A stretch of DNA of 64,000 nucleotides from NCBI GenBank assembly GCA_000092065.1, contig CP000596.1. The stretch is one strand, 5' to 3'. The translations under genes and the position numbers were made by a program. Shown here piece after piece: positions 29,977 to 39,624 of the stretch. The stretch comes from Ostreococcus lucimarinus (lineage: Eukaryota). Position 1 is the stretch's first letter; each line of letters begins with the position of its first letter. The notes under the pieces are model-generated. The model was not told where the DNA came from. It worked only from the letters and a program-made list of their open reading frames with translations, and did no database searches.

Positions 29977-30570
29977 TTAAATGTCGTTATTCATCGCCGA
30001 GCCCGCGCCTTTCGCTCTCAACGCCTCGCCCTCGAACGTCAATCCGTCGTATCCGTTTTCCATGAAGGCTCGAATGTTCGCGTGCGAGTCCCCGCTCGGC
30101 GCGTTCGCCACGTCCTCGTAGTGCTCGCAAAACAACCGCAGCGCCGCGCCCTCGCTCAATCCTCGCATTTTCGCGAAATAAAACGTCTTGCACGATCCAC
30201 TGTTCGTCCCCGCCGCGTTCCTCGTCTCTCGCGACGTCCCGACGCCGCTCGCGTACGCCGTCGGCTCGAAATCAAAGCACTCGTCCATCTTCGCCATCAC
30301 CTCCTGAAACTTCACGTTCGCCAGCCCGAACTCCTGCTCCGCGAGCTCCGCGAGCGTGTCCACGATCGCTTTCACGCTCGGGTTCGCGTTCGTCGCCAGC
30401 GCCTGCGCCCGCATCGCGCGCACCATCTCGCCTTCGTCGCGCGTCGACGCCCGCGCGCGCGTCGCGTCGCGCCTCGACGTCGCGCTCGCGCGACGCGCGC
30501 ATGAGCGCACGCGCGCGACGCGCGCGCGCGCGCCCGCGCGCGCGACGGACGTCCCGGACGTTTGCGACAT
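29977..30570 (-). CDS. HopJ-family protein (homologue of a bacterial type III effector)
   Basis: 197 aa from ATG at 30570. Motifs AGTNSGSCKTFYFA, LFCEHYEDV and NIRAFMENGYDGLTFEG. Transit-peptide-like N-terminus. Its stop lies 7 bp from the FKBP stop. Confidence 0.6.
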   Translation of the reverse strand: MSQTSGTSVARAGARARVARVRSCARRASATSRRDATRARASTRDEGEMVRAMRAQALATNANPSVKAIVDTLAELAEQEFGLANVKFQEVMAKMDECFDFEPTAYASGVGTSRETRNAAGTNSGSCKTFYFAKMRGLSEGAALRLFCEHYEDVANAPSGDSHANIRAFMENGYDGLTFEGEALRAKGAGSAMNNDI

Positions 30571-30621
30571 TCGAATCTTTCGCGACGTTCGCGTCGACGT
30601 GTGCGGCACTCATCGACGACG

Positions 30622-31860
30622 ATGCGAGCGACGTCGACGTCGCGCGCGCGAGCGCGAGCGCCGCGCGCGCGTCGCGCGTCGTCCGCGATCGCGCGGCGCG
30701 GTCGTCGAGCGACGCGCGCGCGCGCGTCGTCCGCGAACGGCGACGATGAGTCGACGAGGAAGGATTCGAAATCGTCGAGCGACGAGGCGAATGAACCGGC
30801 GTGGGCGCGCGCGGGGCGGGACGGGGCGAACGGACGACCGATATGGGAGATGGACATCGACGCCGAGTTCGATCGCGTGGAACGGGCGCGACGGGAGCGG
30901 GAGATGAAGAGCGAGGCGCGCGCGAACGCGGGGTTGGGGTTCGGACGGGCGAGAATGTTGGACGACTTGAACGTCGATTTGTCGGCGGCGTTGAGAAAGC
31001 GCGAGGACGAGGACGATGAGGAGGACGATGAGGAGGACGATGAGGAGGACGAGGATGACGACGACGCGGAGGGCGAGCGACGAAGACGGCGACGCGATGC
31101 GGAGGGACCGCGATTATTGAGCGACGGCGCGTCGGCGTTGTTCGCGGACGCGACGCGAGATCCGGCGCTGCGATACGTCGATAAGAATGGACGCGTCAAG
31201 GGCGAACCGACGGCGTTGGATCTGGCGACGACGAAGAAGGGAGACAGTAAGTATAACCTGCGCGGTTGGAATTACGCGCCGACGCGAGCGGAGAAAGGGC
31301 GGTGGCAAAGAGAGTGGGAAAAGGCGGAACGCGCCAAGGCGCTCAAGACGCCCGGGTACAGACCGCAGAGCGGAATCGCGATTAAATCGAAAATTAAGGA
31401 CGCGACGTTCATGCCGGTCAAGGCGTTCGCGGATTTAACGGATGAAGAGAAAGCCGCGCGACGGGCGGCGGATCAGGTCAAGTACGCGAAGATTAAGGAG
31501 GACTTATTGCTCACCACGGCGGGCATGGCGGGCTCGGGCGCCGTCGCCGCCTTCGCCGTCGGCGGCGCGAACATGGGTTACTCTTGGCTTCTCGGCGCCG
31601 CGGGTGCGATCGTGTACGTCCGCTTACTCAGCGGCAAAGCGGAATCCGAGAGCGTTCAGGGCGGTCCACCGAGTATTTTAGTACCCGTCATTCTCTTCAT
31701 GGCGCTCAACCGGTGGAACACGCTCTTCGCCCCCGACGTCGGCGTCGCGTTGACGCCCATCCCGATGCTCCTCGCGTTTTTCACGTACAAGCCCGCCAGC
31801 GTGCTTCAGGCGTTCAAAGACGTCTTAGCGAACCCCGAAGACGCGGACGACGCGGAATAG
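30622..31860 (+). CDS. Chloroplast membrane protein, CGL160/AtpI-like (tentative)
   Basis: 412 aa. Basic transit-like N-terminus, acidic DE-rich linker. C-terminal hydrophobic segments (AGMAGSGAVAAFAVGG, ILVPVILFMAL, LTPIPMLLAFF). Family assignment from memory only. Confidence 0.4.
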   Translation: MRATSTSRARARAPRARRASSAIARRGRRATRARASSANGDDESTRKDSKSSSDEANEPAWARAGRDGANGRPIWEMDIDAEFDRVERARREREMKSEARANAGLGFGRARMLDDLNVDLSAALRKREDEDDEEDDEEDDEEDEDDDDAEGERRRRRRDAEGPRLLSDGASALFADATRDPALRYVDKNGRVKGEPTALDLATTKKGDSKYNLRGWNYAPTRAEKGRWQREWEKAERAKALKTPGYRPQSGIAIKSKIKDATFMPVKAFADLTDEEKAARRAADQVKYAKIKEDLLLTTAGMAGSGAVAAFAVGGANMGYSWLLGAAGAIVYVRLLSGKAESESVQGGPPSILVPVILFMALNRWNTLFAPDVGVALTPIPMLLAFFTYKPASVLQAFKDVLANPEDADDAE

Positions 31861-31963
31861 ACGGACAACGCATGTAAAGTCACCGCCCGCGCGCGCGCTC
31901 GCCGACGGCGCCCCCTCCTCGCTCGCGTCGCGCGCGCGTCACGTCGCGACGCGTCACCGCGCG

Positions 31964-33421
31964 ATGCCGCCCGATGAATCGCTCGAGGCGCGCGACGCGA
32001 CGAAAGACGTCGCGGACGACGCCCGCGCGTCGTGGTGGCGCGAGGAACTGCGCGCGGTGGCGCACATTTGTCCACCAATCATGACGCAGTTCGGGTCGCA
32101 GCAGTTGTTGATGGCCACGCAGCTCGTGTACTGCGGAAACGAATCGCGCGAGGCGCTCACGACGATGACGATAGCGGCGACGATGTGGAACATGCTCTGG
32201 ATGGCGATCACGGGCGCCGGAGGGACGATGGACACGCTGGGAAGCCAGGCGCACGGCGCGGGGGACGCGCGCGCCGTCAAGTCGTGGGCGCTGCTCACGA
32301 CGTGCGCCATCACCGCGTTTTGCGTGCCCGCGAACGCGATTTTAGCGGCGGGGAAAGAGATCGCGATCGGGGTGTTCAAGGCTGATAAATCTAGGGCTGG
32401 AGAGATTCGCGACTGCGCGCTCATCATGTGCGGGAGTTTTTATCCACTCGCGGCGACTCTGGGTTTACAGAAATACTTGAGCGTTCGGCGGAAAGTCGGA
32501 GCCGTGGGGCTGACTTCGGTGGCGACGCTGTTCGTAAACATCGCGTTTCATCACGCCCTCGTCAAGCAGCACAAAATGGGAGTCATCGGTAGCTCGATCG
32601 CCATGGTCGCGGCTCGGGCGATGAACCTCGCGATGTTGCTCGCGTACGTCTGCGTGGACGAGCGATGGTGGGCGACGGGTGCGCTTGACGAATGGCGCTC
32701 GGCGAAGGCGGCGATAACCAGGGACATGGTCGCACGCGTCGCGCACTTGTCGACTCAAGGCGTCATCATGGTGTTCGGCGAGGCTTTCTCGTTTGAAGTC
32801 ACCGTCGTTTTGGCTGCGCAACTGGGCGAAGTATCCCTCGGCGCGCACATGGTGATGCTCAATATTTGTACGATGACCTTCATGATGGGACCGATGTCGT
32901 TCGGCACCGCGGCATCGATTAGAGTTGGAAATTTATTAGGTATGCGAGACCCGCGCGGAGCGAAGCGTTCGGCGTGGTTAATAACGTCGATGTCTCTCAC
33001 GTTTATGGCGGGGTGCGCGTTTATGATACTCTTCGCGATTAAACCTATCGCGAGGCTGTACACTGGAAACGACCCCGAGATCACGGCTACCCTCATCAAG
33101 ATCGCCCCTTACGCCGCCGCTTTCCAGATATTCGACGCCTCGCTCGGATGCTGTAACGGCATCCTTCGCGCGTGCGGGAAACAGGCGTTCATCGCGAAGA
33201 GCAATCTCGCCTCTCTGTGGTTGTGCGGTTTGACCTCGGGCGCTTTAATCACCTTCGTCGGCGACGAAGGGGTGAAGGGTTTATGGGTGGGACTCATGAT
33301 CGGCGTCGGGATGGCGGGTTCGTTTCTCGCATCGGTGGTGTACCGTTTAGACTGGCAACACGAATCATTTTTAGCCACCCGCGCGGCGACCAACGTCTTT
33401 CGCGGCGGCGCGGCGCTGTAG
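31964..33421 (+). CDS. MATE (multidrug and toxic compound extrusion) family transporter
   Basis: 485 aa. 12 predicted TM helices. N-terminal WWREELRAVAHICPPIMTQFGSQQLLMATQLV is typical of the MATE/DTX family. Confidence 0.85.
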   Translation: MPPDESLEARDATKDVADDARASWWREELRAVAHICPPIMTQFGSQQLLMATQLVYCGNESREALTTMTIAATMWNMLWMAITGAGGTMDTLGSQAHGAGDARAVKSWALLTTCAITAFCVPANAILAAGKEIAIGVFKADKSRAGEIRDCALIMCGSFYPLAATLGLQKYLSVRRKVGAVGLTSVATLFVNIAFHHALVKQHKMGVIGSSIAMVAARAMNLAMLLAYVCVDERWWATGALDEWRSAKAAITRDMVARVAHLSTQGVIMVFGEAFSFEVTVVLAAQLGEVSLGAHMVMLNICTMTFMMGPMSFGTAASIRVGNLLGMRDPRGAKRSAWLITSMSLTFMAGCAFMILFAIKPIARLYTGNDPEITATLIKIAPYAAAFQIFDASLGCCNGILRACGKQAFIAKSNLASLWLCGLTSGALITFVGDEGVKGLWVGLMIGVGMAGSFLASVVYRLDWQHESFLATRAATNVFRGGAAL

Positions 33422-33497
33422 ACGAATTAGCACAACAACAACGGCTGGGAACTAGTGGCTCGCAAGTTTTTCATGTATTTCACATCCTTCATTCATC

Positions 33498-33872
33498 TCA
33501 CCCGGCGAACGGAGGCAGCCCGTTACTCCAAAGAAACGCCGCGAACAACCCGGCCAACACGACGGCGCTCCTCGTCACCAAATTAATCGTCGGCGTCCAG
33601 ATGTCGCGCTCCTCCAGATCCACCGCCACGGGTTCGGTGACGAATCCTTTGTAATACTCCGCGTCTCGCCCGTCGACGGCGCCCCGCTCGCCGTCGTTCG
33701 CGTCGTTCGCGCCGTTCGCGCCGTCGCTATCCACGCTCTCCGCGCGCGCGAGGACCTCGACTCTGTCGACGCGCGCGCGCGCGCGCCGCGTCGTCGTCGC
33801 GCGCGGCGCGGTGTTTCTCGTCGTCGTCGCGCGCGCGGCGCCGAGCGCGCGCGTCGACGTCGCCGTCGACAT
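33498..33872 (-). CDS. Small single-pass membrane protein with plastid-transit-like N-terminus (hypothetical)
   Basis: 124 aa. Ala/Arg/Thr-rich N-terminus. C-terminal TM helix SAVVLAGLFAAFLW. The ATG is 58 bp from the divergent MoaE ATG. Confidence 0.35.
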   Translation of the reverse strand: MSTATSTRALGAARATTTRNTAPRATTTRRARARVDRVEVLARAESVDSDGANGANDANDGERGAVDGRDAEYYKGFVTEPVAVDLEERDIWTPTINLVTRSAVVLAGLFAAFLWSNGLPPFAG

Positions 33873-33930
33873 CGCCGCGACGTCCGTCGCGTCACTGCGT
33901 GACGTCCCGAGCGACCGCCTGGGACTTTAA

Positions 33931-34461
33931 ATGTCGAAAGACGACGTCCCCGAAGCGCGCGTGCGCGTCGCCATCGCGCCGAACGCCATCGATGAGCGCG
34001 CACACATAGAATACGTCCGCGACGCGCGCGCGGGGGCGATCTCCGTGTTCGTGGGGACGACGCGAGACACGTTTCGAGGCGAAAAAGTGCAAAAGTTGAG
34101 CTACGAGTGCTACGAACCGATGGCGCTGCGAGAACTGCGCGCGATCGCGGACGAACTGGTGGTGAAATACGCGGGAGACGGTGACGAGGGAAACGCCTTG
34201 GACGGACGCGGCGGGCACGGGATCAGGGCGATCGATATCGCGCACAGGGTCGGGGACGTCGGCGCGGGCGAGACGTCCGTCGTCGTCGCCGTGGCGAGCG
34301 CGCACAGGAAAGACGCGCAGGACGCGTGCGCGGAGGCGATGGAGGCGCTCAAGGCGCGCGTACCGATTTGGAAAAAGGAAATATTTGAGGGCGCGAGCGC
34401 GGAAGGGGTCTGGAAAGCGAACGGATTGGGCGCGTTCGCGGCGTCCGAGGCGGCGTCGTAG
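33931..34461 (+). CDS. MOCS2B: Molybdopterin synthase catalytic subunit (MoaE/MOCS2B)
   Basis: 176 aa. MoaE signatures ISVFVGTTRD, LSYECYEPMAL and HRVGDVGAGETSVVVAVASAHR. C-terminal PIWKKEIF. Confidence 0.85.
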   Translation: MSKDDVPEARVRVAIAPNAIDERAHIEYVRDARAGAISVFVGTTRDTFRGEKVQKLSYECYEPMALRELRAIADELVVKYAGDGDEGNALDGRGGHGIRAIDIAHRVGDVGAGETSVVVAVASAHRKDAQDACAEAMEALKARVPIWKKEIFEGASAEGVWKANGLGAFAASEAAS

Positions 34462-34521
34462 CCGAGAGCCGGCGTCCCGAGAGCCGGGACGTCATCGCGC
34501 GACGCGCGCGGCCGCGACGAG

Positions 34522-35727
34522 ATGGCGACGACGTGCGTCGGTGCGTTGCGCGTCGCGGCGCGCGCGAGCGGTCGTGGGCGCGGACGCGGCGCGGGCCGTG
34601 GGCGCTCGAGCGCCGGCGGCCGCCGCGACGGCGCGGCGAGCCGTCGAGGTCGTCGGTCCCCCGACGTCGCGCGCGCGCCGTCGACGACGCCCGCGCCGAC
34701 AATCGACGAAGGCGTCGTCGCGCGTAATCTCGATGCCGTCGGCGCGCTCGTGAGGACGCTCGTGAAGCACACCGAGGGCGCGGACGGCGCGGGCGGCGGC
34801 TCGAGCGGCGGTTACGAGGGCGACGGGTTTCGCCTCGTGCGGTGCATGCCGCACCTGAAACGTCGCGAAGCCGACGCCGCGGTGAGCGCGGGGCGTGTAC
34901 TCGTGAACGGTGAGCTCGTGCGTCCGTCGCAGCGCGTCAAGGCGGGAGACGTGGTGACTCTGGACGGCAAGGTGATGCTCTGGGAGGCGTACGCGAGACG
35001 CGTCGAAGAGGAAATCGCGAACGACGCGACGTCGTCGTTCGTGTATTTGTTGTATAATAAACCTCGTGGCGTCGTGTGCACGATGGAACCGCATCAACGA
35101 ACGTCGTTGCATTTCGCGCTCGAACGCGAGCGCGCTCGCATGAAAAAGATACGAATATTTCCAGTCGGTAGGCTCGACAAGGATTCGAGCGGGTTGGTGC
35201 TGTTGACGAACGACGGACGCGTGAGCGATGCTTTGCTCGATCCGAGCAGGAAGGCGGAGAAAGAGTACGACGTAGATGTCGATCGTGACGTGAGCGCGGC
35301 CGACGTCGAGCGTCTGGCCGCGGGGGTCGTCATCACGACGCTTCAACAGCGAACGATGACGGAGACGACGGCGCCGACGCAGCCGTGCGAGGTGAGAAAG
35401 ATCGGACCTAGGACGCTGCGTTTCGTTTTGAAGGAAGGAAGAAATCGACAGATTCGAAAGATGTGCGAAGCTTTGTCGTACGACGTTACGCGATTGCATC
35501 GAACGCGCATCGCCGAGCTCGAGCTCGGCGACTTGGAAATCGGCGGCTTGCGTCCGCTCGACGTCGACGAGCTGCGCGTCGTGTCTGATCGCGTTCGCGA
35601 GAGAGCGAAGGCATCGACGCAATCGACGCAGAAGCAATCTTCCGAGAGTCGCCGTCGCAAGGCGGCGATCGACGCCAACCCGAGCGGATGGGGGTCAAAG
35701 ATTTACAAAGATTCGCACACGACGTGA
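34522..35727 (+). CDS. RsuA/RluB-family pseudouridine synthase with S4 domain, organelle-targeted
   Basis: 401 aa. S4 domain RVLVNGELVRPSQRVKAGDVVTL. Catalytic FPVGRLDKDSSGLVLLTNDG. The start is 60 bp downstream of the MoaE stop. Confidence 0.8.
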   Translation: MATTCVGALRVAARASGRGRGRGAGRGRSSAGGRRDGAASRRGRRSPDVARAPSTTPAPTIDEGVVARNLDAVGALVRTLVKHTEGADGAGGGSSGGYEGDGFRLVRCMPHLKRREADAAVSAGRVLVNGELVRPSQRVKAGDVVTLDGKVMLWEAYARRVEEEIANDATSSFVYLLYNKPRGVVCTMEPHQRTSLHFALERERARMKKIRIFPVGRLDKDSSGLVLLTNDGRVSDALLDPSRKAEKEYDVDVDRDVSAADVERLAAGVVITTLQQRTMTETTAPTQPCEVRKIGPRTLRFVLKEGRNRQIRKMCEALSYDVTRLHRTRIAELELGDLEIGGLRPLDVDELRVVSDRVRERAKASTQSTQKQSSESRRRKAAIDANPSGWGSKIYKDSHTT

Positions 35728-35766
35728 TTTTCTACAAATTACGTACTAGAACAGCTAGCTATGATG

Positions 35767-37307
35767 TCATATCGCGAAAAACTTACCTCGCCCACCTCGC
35801 CCATCGGCGCCGTGCTTGATGAACGTGCCGTTTGAGTTAGACGGCGCTCGCGGCGAAGACTTCAAAAATGACCCGGCGCGTCTCGTCTTGTTCGTCGCCG
35901 CCGACCCGCTCGCCGCCATCTTTTGTCGCTTGCGCTCCACGCGCGCGTCGACGTCGTTTAAAATATTCGCCAAAACGTCGTCTTCGACGCCATCGTCGTC
36001 GTCGTCGCTCACCAAGTTGATTTCGTCGCGGTTTGACGTACGCTTCGGCGGCGGCGGCGCCAACTTTTTCATCAATTCGTCGTCGCCTCGACGCAACGAC
36101 TTCTTCACGACGCGCTTCTTGTCCGCGACGCGTTGCGTTGGCGGATACGCGAACTCGCTCGGATCATCCACTCCCCACGCGTGCCTGCTATTGGCGCGAC
36201 CGCCGAGCTGGAAATCGCCCGTCGACGTCGGCGGCGCGGGCGCCGCCGGCTTTGGTTTCGCCGCCGTTTGCGTCTTCGCGACGTCGCGAAACGCGTCCAA
36301 TTTCGCCTCCAGCGCCTTGACGTCTTTTTCCTTTTCGCGAACTTTGCGCGCGAGCGCGTCGTATTGCTCTTGCTGCGACGCGATTTGTTTATTCTTCGCG
36401 CACAAGTTTCGCACGAGCGTCGTCATCGCCAAGCGCGGATCGCTCCCCTCCAGCCTCTTCAACATCTCCCTCTCTCCGAGCGACGACGCGCTCGCCGCGA
36501 CTTCTCTCTCGATGCGCTCCTTGTCTTCGAACTTTGACAAACTCCGCGTCAACTCGTCGTTCTTCTCTCGCAACGTCTTCATCTCCCTGGCGTCCCGGCG
36601 AACCTTTGACGCGAGCGTGTCTTGCGCCAACCGAATCGCGCTCAACTCATTCTTCGCCTTTTCCAACGCCCGTCGCGCGTCATCGCTCTCCGTCGCGCGT
36701 CGCCCGATCGCATCCTTTTCCCGCTTTAACGTCTCTATCGCGTCCAGCGCCTCCCGCATCCGCTCTCGCTCTCGCCTCAGCTCTCGCGCGCACTCGGCGT
36801 ACCGCTCGTCCGCGCCTCGCGCGCCGTCCTCCCCCCCCCTCGACCGCCGCCTGCCCGGCGTCGGTTGACTCCGCCCCCCGTGCGCGTCGTCAACGCCGTC
36901 ATCCATCGTTTTATGATCCAGGTATATCGTCACGCAATCGTCGTACGCGAATTCGCGTTTACACGTCGGACACGTCGCCTCGCCGCAATCGTCGCGTCGT
37001 CCTCGTCCTCCCCTTTCCTCCCTCGCCCGTCGCCGCGTCTCCACGTCGTGCCACTTCGAGATGCATCGCACGTGATACACGTGTCCGCATCCTCGCAGCG
37101 CCTGTCGCGCGACGCCCGTCGCCCGCGTCGCTCGTCGTCAGTCGTTCGTTCGCGTCGCATCCGTCAAACGTTCGTTTCAAATCGCGCCTTCGTCTGTTCG
37201 TCATCGGCGTCGTTCGTCGCGTCGCGTCGCGTCGTTCGGTTCGTCGCGCGCGCACGCACCACACACTTCCCCGCGCACGTCTCCAGGCACACCGCGCACC
37301 GCGACAT
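35767..37307 (-). CDS. RING-H2 finger plus long coiled-coil protein; exons 37260..37307 and 35767..37101
   Basis: Exon 1 encodes MSRCAVCLETCAGKCV (C1-x2-C2). It joins phase 0 at a GTGCGT donor to ALRGCGHVYHVRCISKWHD...CPTC (C3-H-H-C...C-x2-C). The join restores a complete RING-H2, which the track ORF otherwise truncates. This is followed by about 300 aa of heptad-rich coiled coil. 460 aa. Confidence 0.65.
37102..37259 (-). other. Intron of the RING-H2 gene (158 nt)
   Basis: Donor GTGCGT. gACTGAC about 35 nt upstream of the CAG acceptor. Confidence 0.65.
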
Positions 37308-37439
37308 CGCGCCGCGCCGCGACCTGCCGTCCCGGTCGCCCGGGCATCCATCCATCCATCCATCCGTCCGCGCCCGTCGCGAAGAAACGTGCACGTGGAT
37401 TCGACGCGTCGCGCGCGCCGGCGTCGCGCGATCCACCGC

Positions 37440-38200
37440 ACCGCGCTTTAACTCCCGCGTCGTCGATATTTTTTTTTTCTAGCGCGACGTCGACGGCGGC
37501 GACGCGACGATCGCCGCCGACGCGTCGCGCGCGCGGACGCGCGTCGACGCGACCGCGATCGATCGCGTGCGGCGTAAAAATCGCGATGACGTCGCGGTCG
37601 CGCGCGCGCGAACGACGACGCGCGCGCGCTCGAGCGCGGCGAGTCGCGGTTATTTTTCGCGCGCGTCGTCGTCGCGCGTCCGCGCGCGCGTCGTCGTTCG
37701 CGCGCGCGTCGTTCGCGACGCGCGCGAATCGAATCGTCGCGCGGCACATCGCGCCGATGCCGATGATGACGTGTCCGACGACGACGACGCGTCCGACGAC
37801 GACGCGGGCGAGCGCGCGACGCGCGACGCGGGCGAACGCGCGACGCGCGACGACGACGACGACGACGCGCGCCGTCGCGCGCGACGACGACGACGCGCGC
37901 GAGGAACGGTCGACGCGACGCGCGATCGTGATGATGACGGCGACGATGCTGGCGACGGCGGCGACGACGCGCGACGACGCGCTGGCGTACGGCACGGGCG
38001 GGTGGAAGGATTGCGAACCGATATGCGATTCGCTGAAGAACGGACGCGCGGAGCAGTTGGCGATGCAGGAGGAGATGATGCGGTCGATGGGGCGGGACGC
38101 GAGCGCGAGCGCGAGCGAGGGCGAGAGCAAGCGAGAGCGCGAGCGGCGGGCGGAGCGCGAACGCGCGAGGGGAGGGAAGTGAGCGCGAGCGCGGGTGAGA
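37440..38200. repeat. GC-rich low-complexity tract ((GACGAC)n-like and GCG-rich), unusually long for this locus; includes a T12 tract at 37465-37476
   Basis: Runs of gacgacgacgacg, cgcgcgcg and gcgagcgcgagcgcgagcg. Only Arg-, Asp- or Ala-rich ORFs on both strands. Confidence 0.5.
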
Positions 38201-38286
38201 GAGGTGGATTCGACGCTTCGATTCGATCGATTTTGTAACGACATGGACGCTTTGGTTTCGCGCGCGCGCGATTCGTCATTCGTCGT

Positions 38287-39624
38287 CTACGCGAGCACCG
38301 CGACGACGGGGGCGGTGGCCGGGGCGGTGGATGGTTTCAGACGCACGACGCGATCGCGAAGGACGCGCGCGCGGACGCCGACGCCGTCGGTGCCCGCGCG
38401 GGCGATTTCGGTTTCGGCGAGGACGCGCAACGCGCGGGTGACGCATCGCGACAGCACGATGGCAACCTCTTTGCCGCCTTCGATGGCGTACTCGCCCTCG
38501 AACTCGACCTCGTTCACGAGGGCTTCGAGCACGCGGTCGTCCCACTCCAATCGCGCGAGCTCGCGGCGCGCTTTTTTCGTCTCACCGCGTCGCTCGAGCT
38601 GCGCGTGCACGATGGCTTTCACCGCCGCGCGATCGAGCGGGACGAAGGGCACGAATATATCGATCGCGCCGACCACCTTGAGCGTGTCCTCGCGATCTTC
38701 GCAACCATCGCTCGTCCACTTTTCGAACAACCCATCCTTCAGCTTGCGCTGCAACGCCGTGAGCTCGTCGCCCGTGGGCGCGCCGCCGCCCGCCGCCGAA
38801 GCGTCGTGCACGTCCATGAATCCCATATTCGCCTCCAACACGAATATCGATCGCCCAAACGTCACGTTTCGATCGAACGGGTTCGCCCCCGTCCCCGCGC
38901 TGCCGTGTTCGAGCATCTGCTTCAACATTCCGCGCGCCGGACACCCTAACTTATCGTACTCCTCGACGACGACGACGGATTCGGGATACTTTTCCAAGTG
39001 TCGCGTCACCGCGTCTCGCAACATCCTCGCCTGCGTCTCGCGTTCGCGCACCACGTAGTCCGTACCGAATATCACCTTATACCCCGGGCATCCCGCCCCC
39101 GGGCACGCCTCGTTTCGTCGTCCTCGTCGTCCCGAGTCGAAATCGCTCTCTCGCGTCGCGTTGTACGCCGCGCGCGCCAATATCCTATGAAACAACGACT
39201 TCCCCACCCCCGGACTCCCGTGCAGCGACATCACCAGCGGTTTCTCTCGATCACGCGACGATTTCTCCGCGTGATCGCACACCGCGTCGACGACGAGCGC
39301 CGCGCCGACGTCTTGCCCCAGCAACTCTCGCGTCGTCAGCGCTCGCGTCCGCGCGCACAGCGCCTCTTCGCAAAACCATCCATCGCGTCCGCACCCCCTC
39401 GCGCGTCGATCGAGCGCGTCCCGCGCGTCGCGCGCGTATCGCACCGCGGCGTCCGCGCCTCGGCGCGCGACGTCGAGCGCGCGTCGCCACGTCTCGACGG
39501 TTTTCTCGCGCTCGCGCGCGAACGCCAACTGAAATCCACAAAGAATCGCCAGCGCGACGCACGCGCGCGCGATGACGCGCCGATCGCGCGCGCCGGTCGC
39601 GCGCGCGCGCTGACCGCGCGCCAT
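38287..39624 (-). CDS. Torsin-family AAA+ ATPase (ER-lumenal type) with signal anchor
   Basis: 445 aa from ATG at 39624. Hydrophobic VIARACVALAILCGFQLAFA. Torsin Walker A EKPLVMSLHGSPGVGKS, against KPLVLSLHGWTGTGKN in Torsins. Confidence 0.7.
   Translation of the reverse strand: MARGQRARATGARDRRVIARACVALAILCGFQLAFAREREKTVETWRRALDVARRGADAAVRYARDARDALDRRARGCGRDGWFCEEALCARTRALTTRELLGQDVGAALVVDAVCDHAEKSSRDREKPLVMSLHGSPGVGKSLFHRILARAAYNATRESDFDSGRRGRRNEACPGAGCPGYKVIFGTDYVVRERETQARMLRDAVTRHLEKYPESVVVVEEYDKLGCPARGMLKQMLEHGSAGTGANPFDRNVTFGRSIFVLEANMGFMDVHDASAAGGGAPTGDELTALQRKLKDGLFEKWTSDGCEDREDTLKVVGAIDIFVPFVPLDRAAVKAIVHAQLERRGETKKARRELARLEWDDRVLEALVNEVEFEGEYAIEGGKEVAIVLSRCVTRALRVLAETEIARAGTDGVGVRARVLRDRVVRLKPSTAPATAPVVAVLA

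Noticed and set aside
37567-38244. Poly-Asp/Arg/Ala ORFs on both strands in the 37.4-38.3 kb spacer (for example 37567-38238 plus 223 aa and 37201-38244 minus 347 aa)
   Set aside because: They are translations of (GACGAC)n/(GCG)n low complexity. Only the short signal-peptide-like segment near 37930-38100 was kept as a low-confidence observation.
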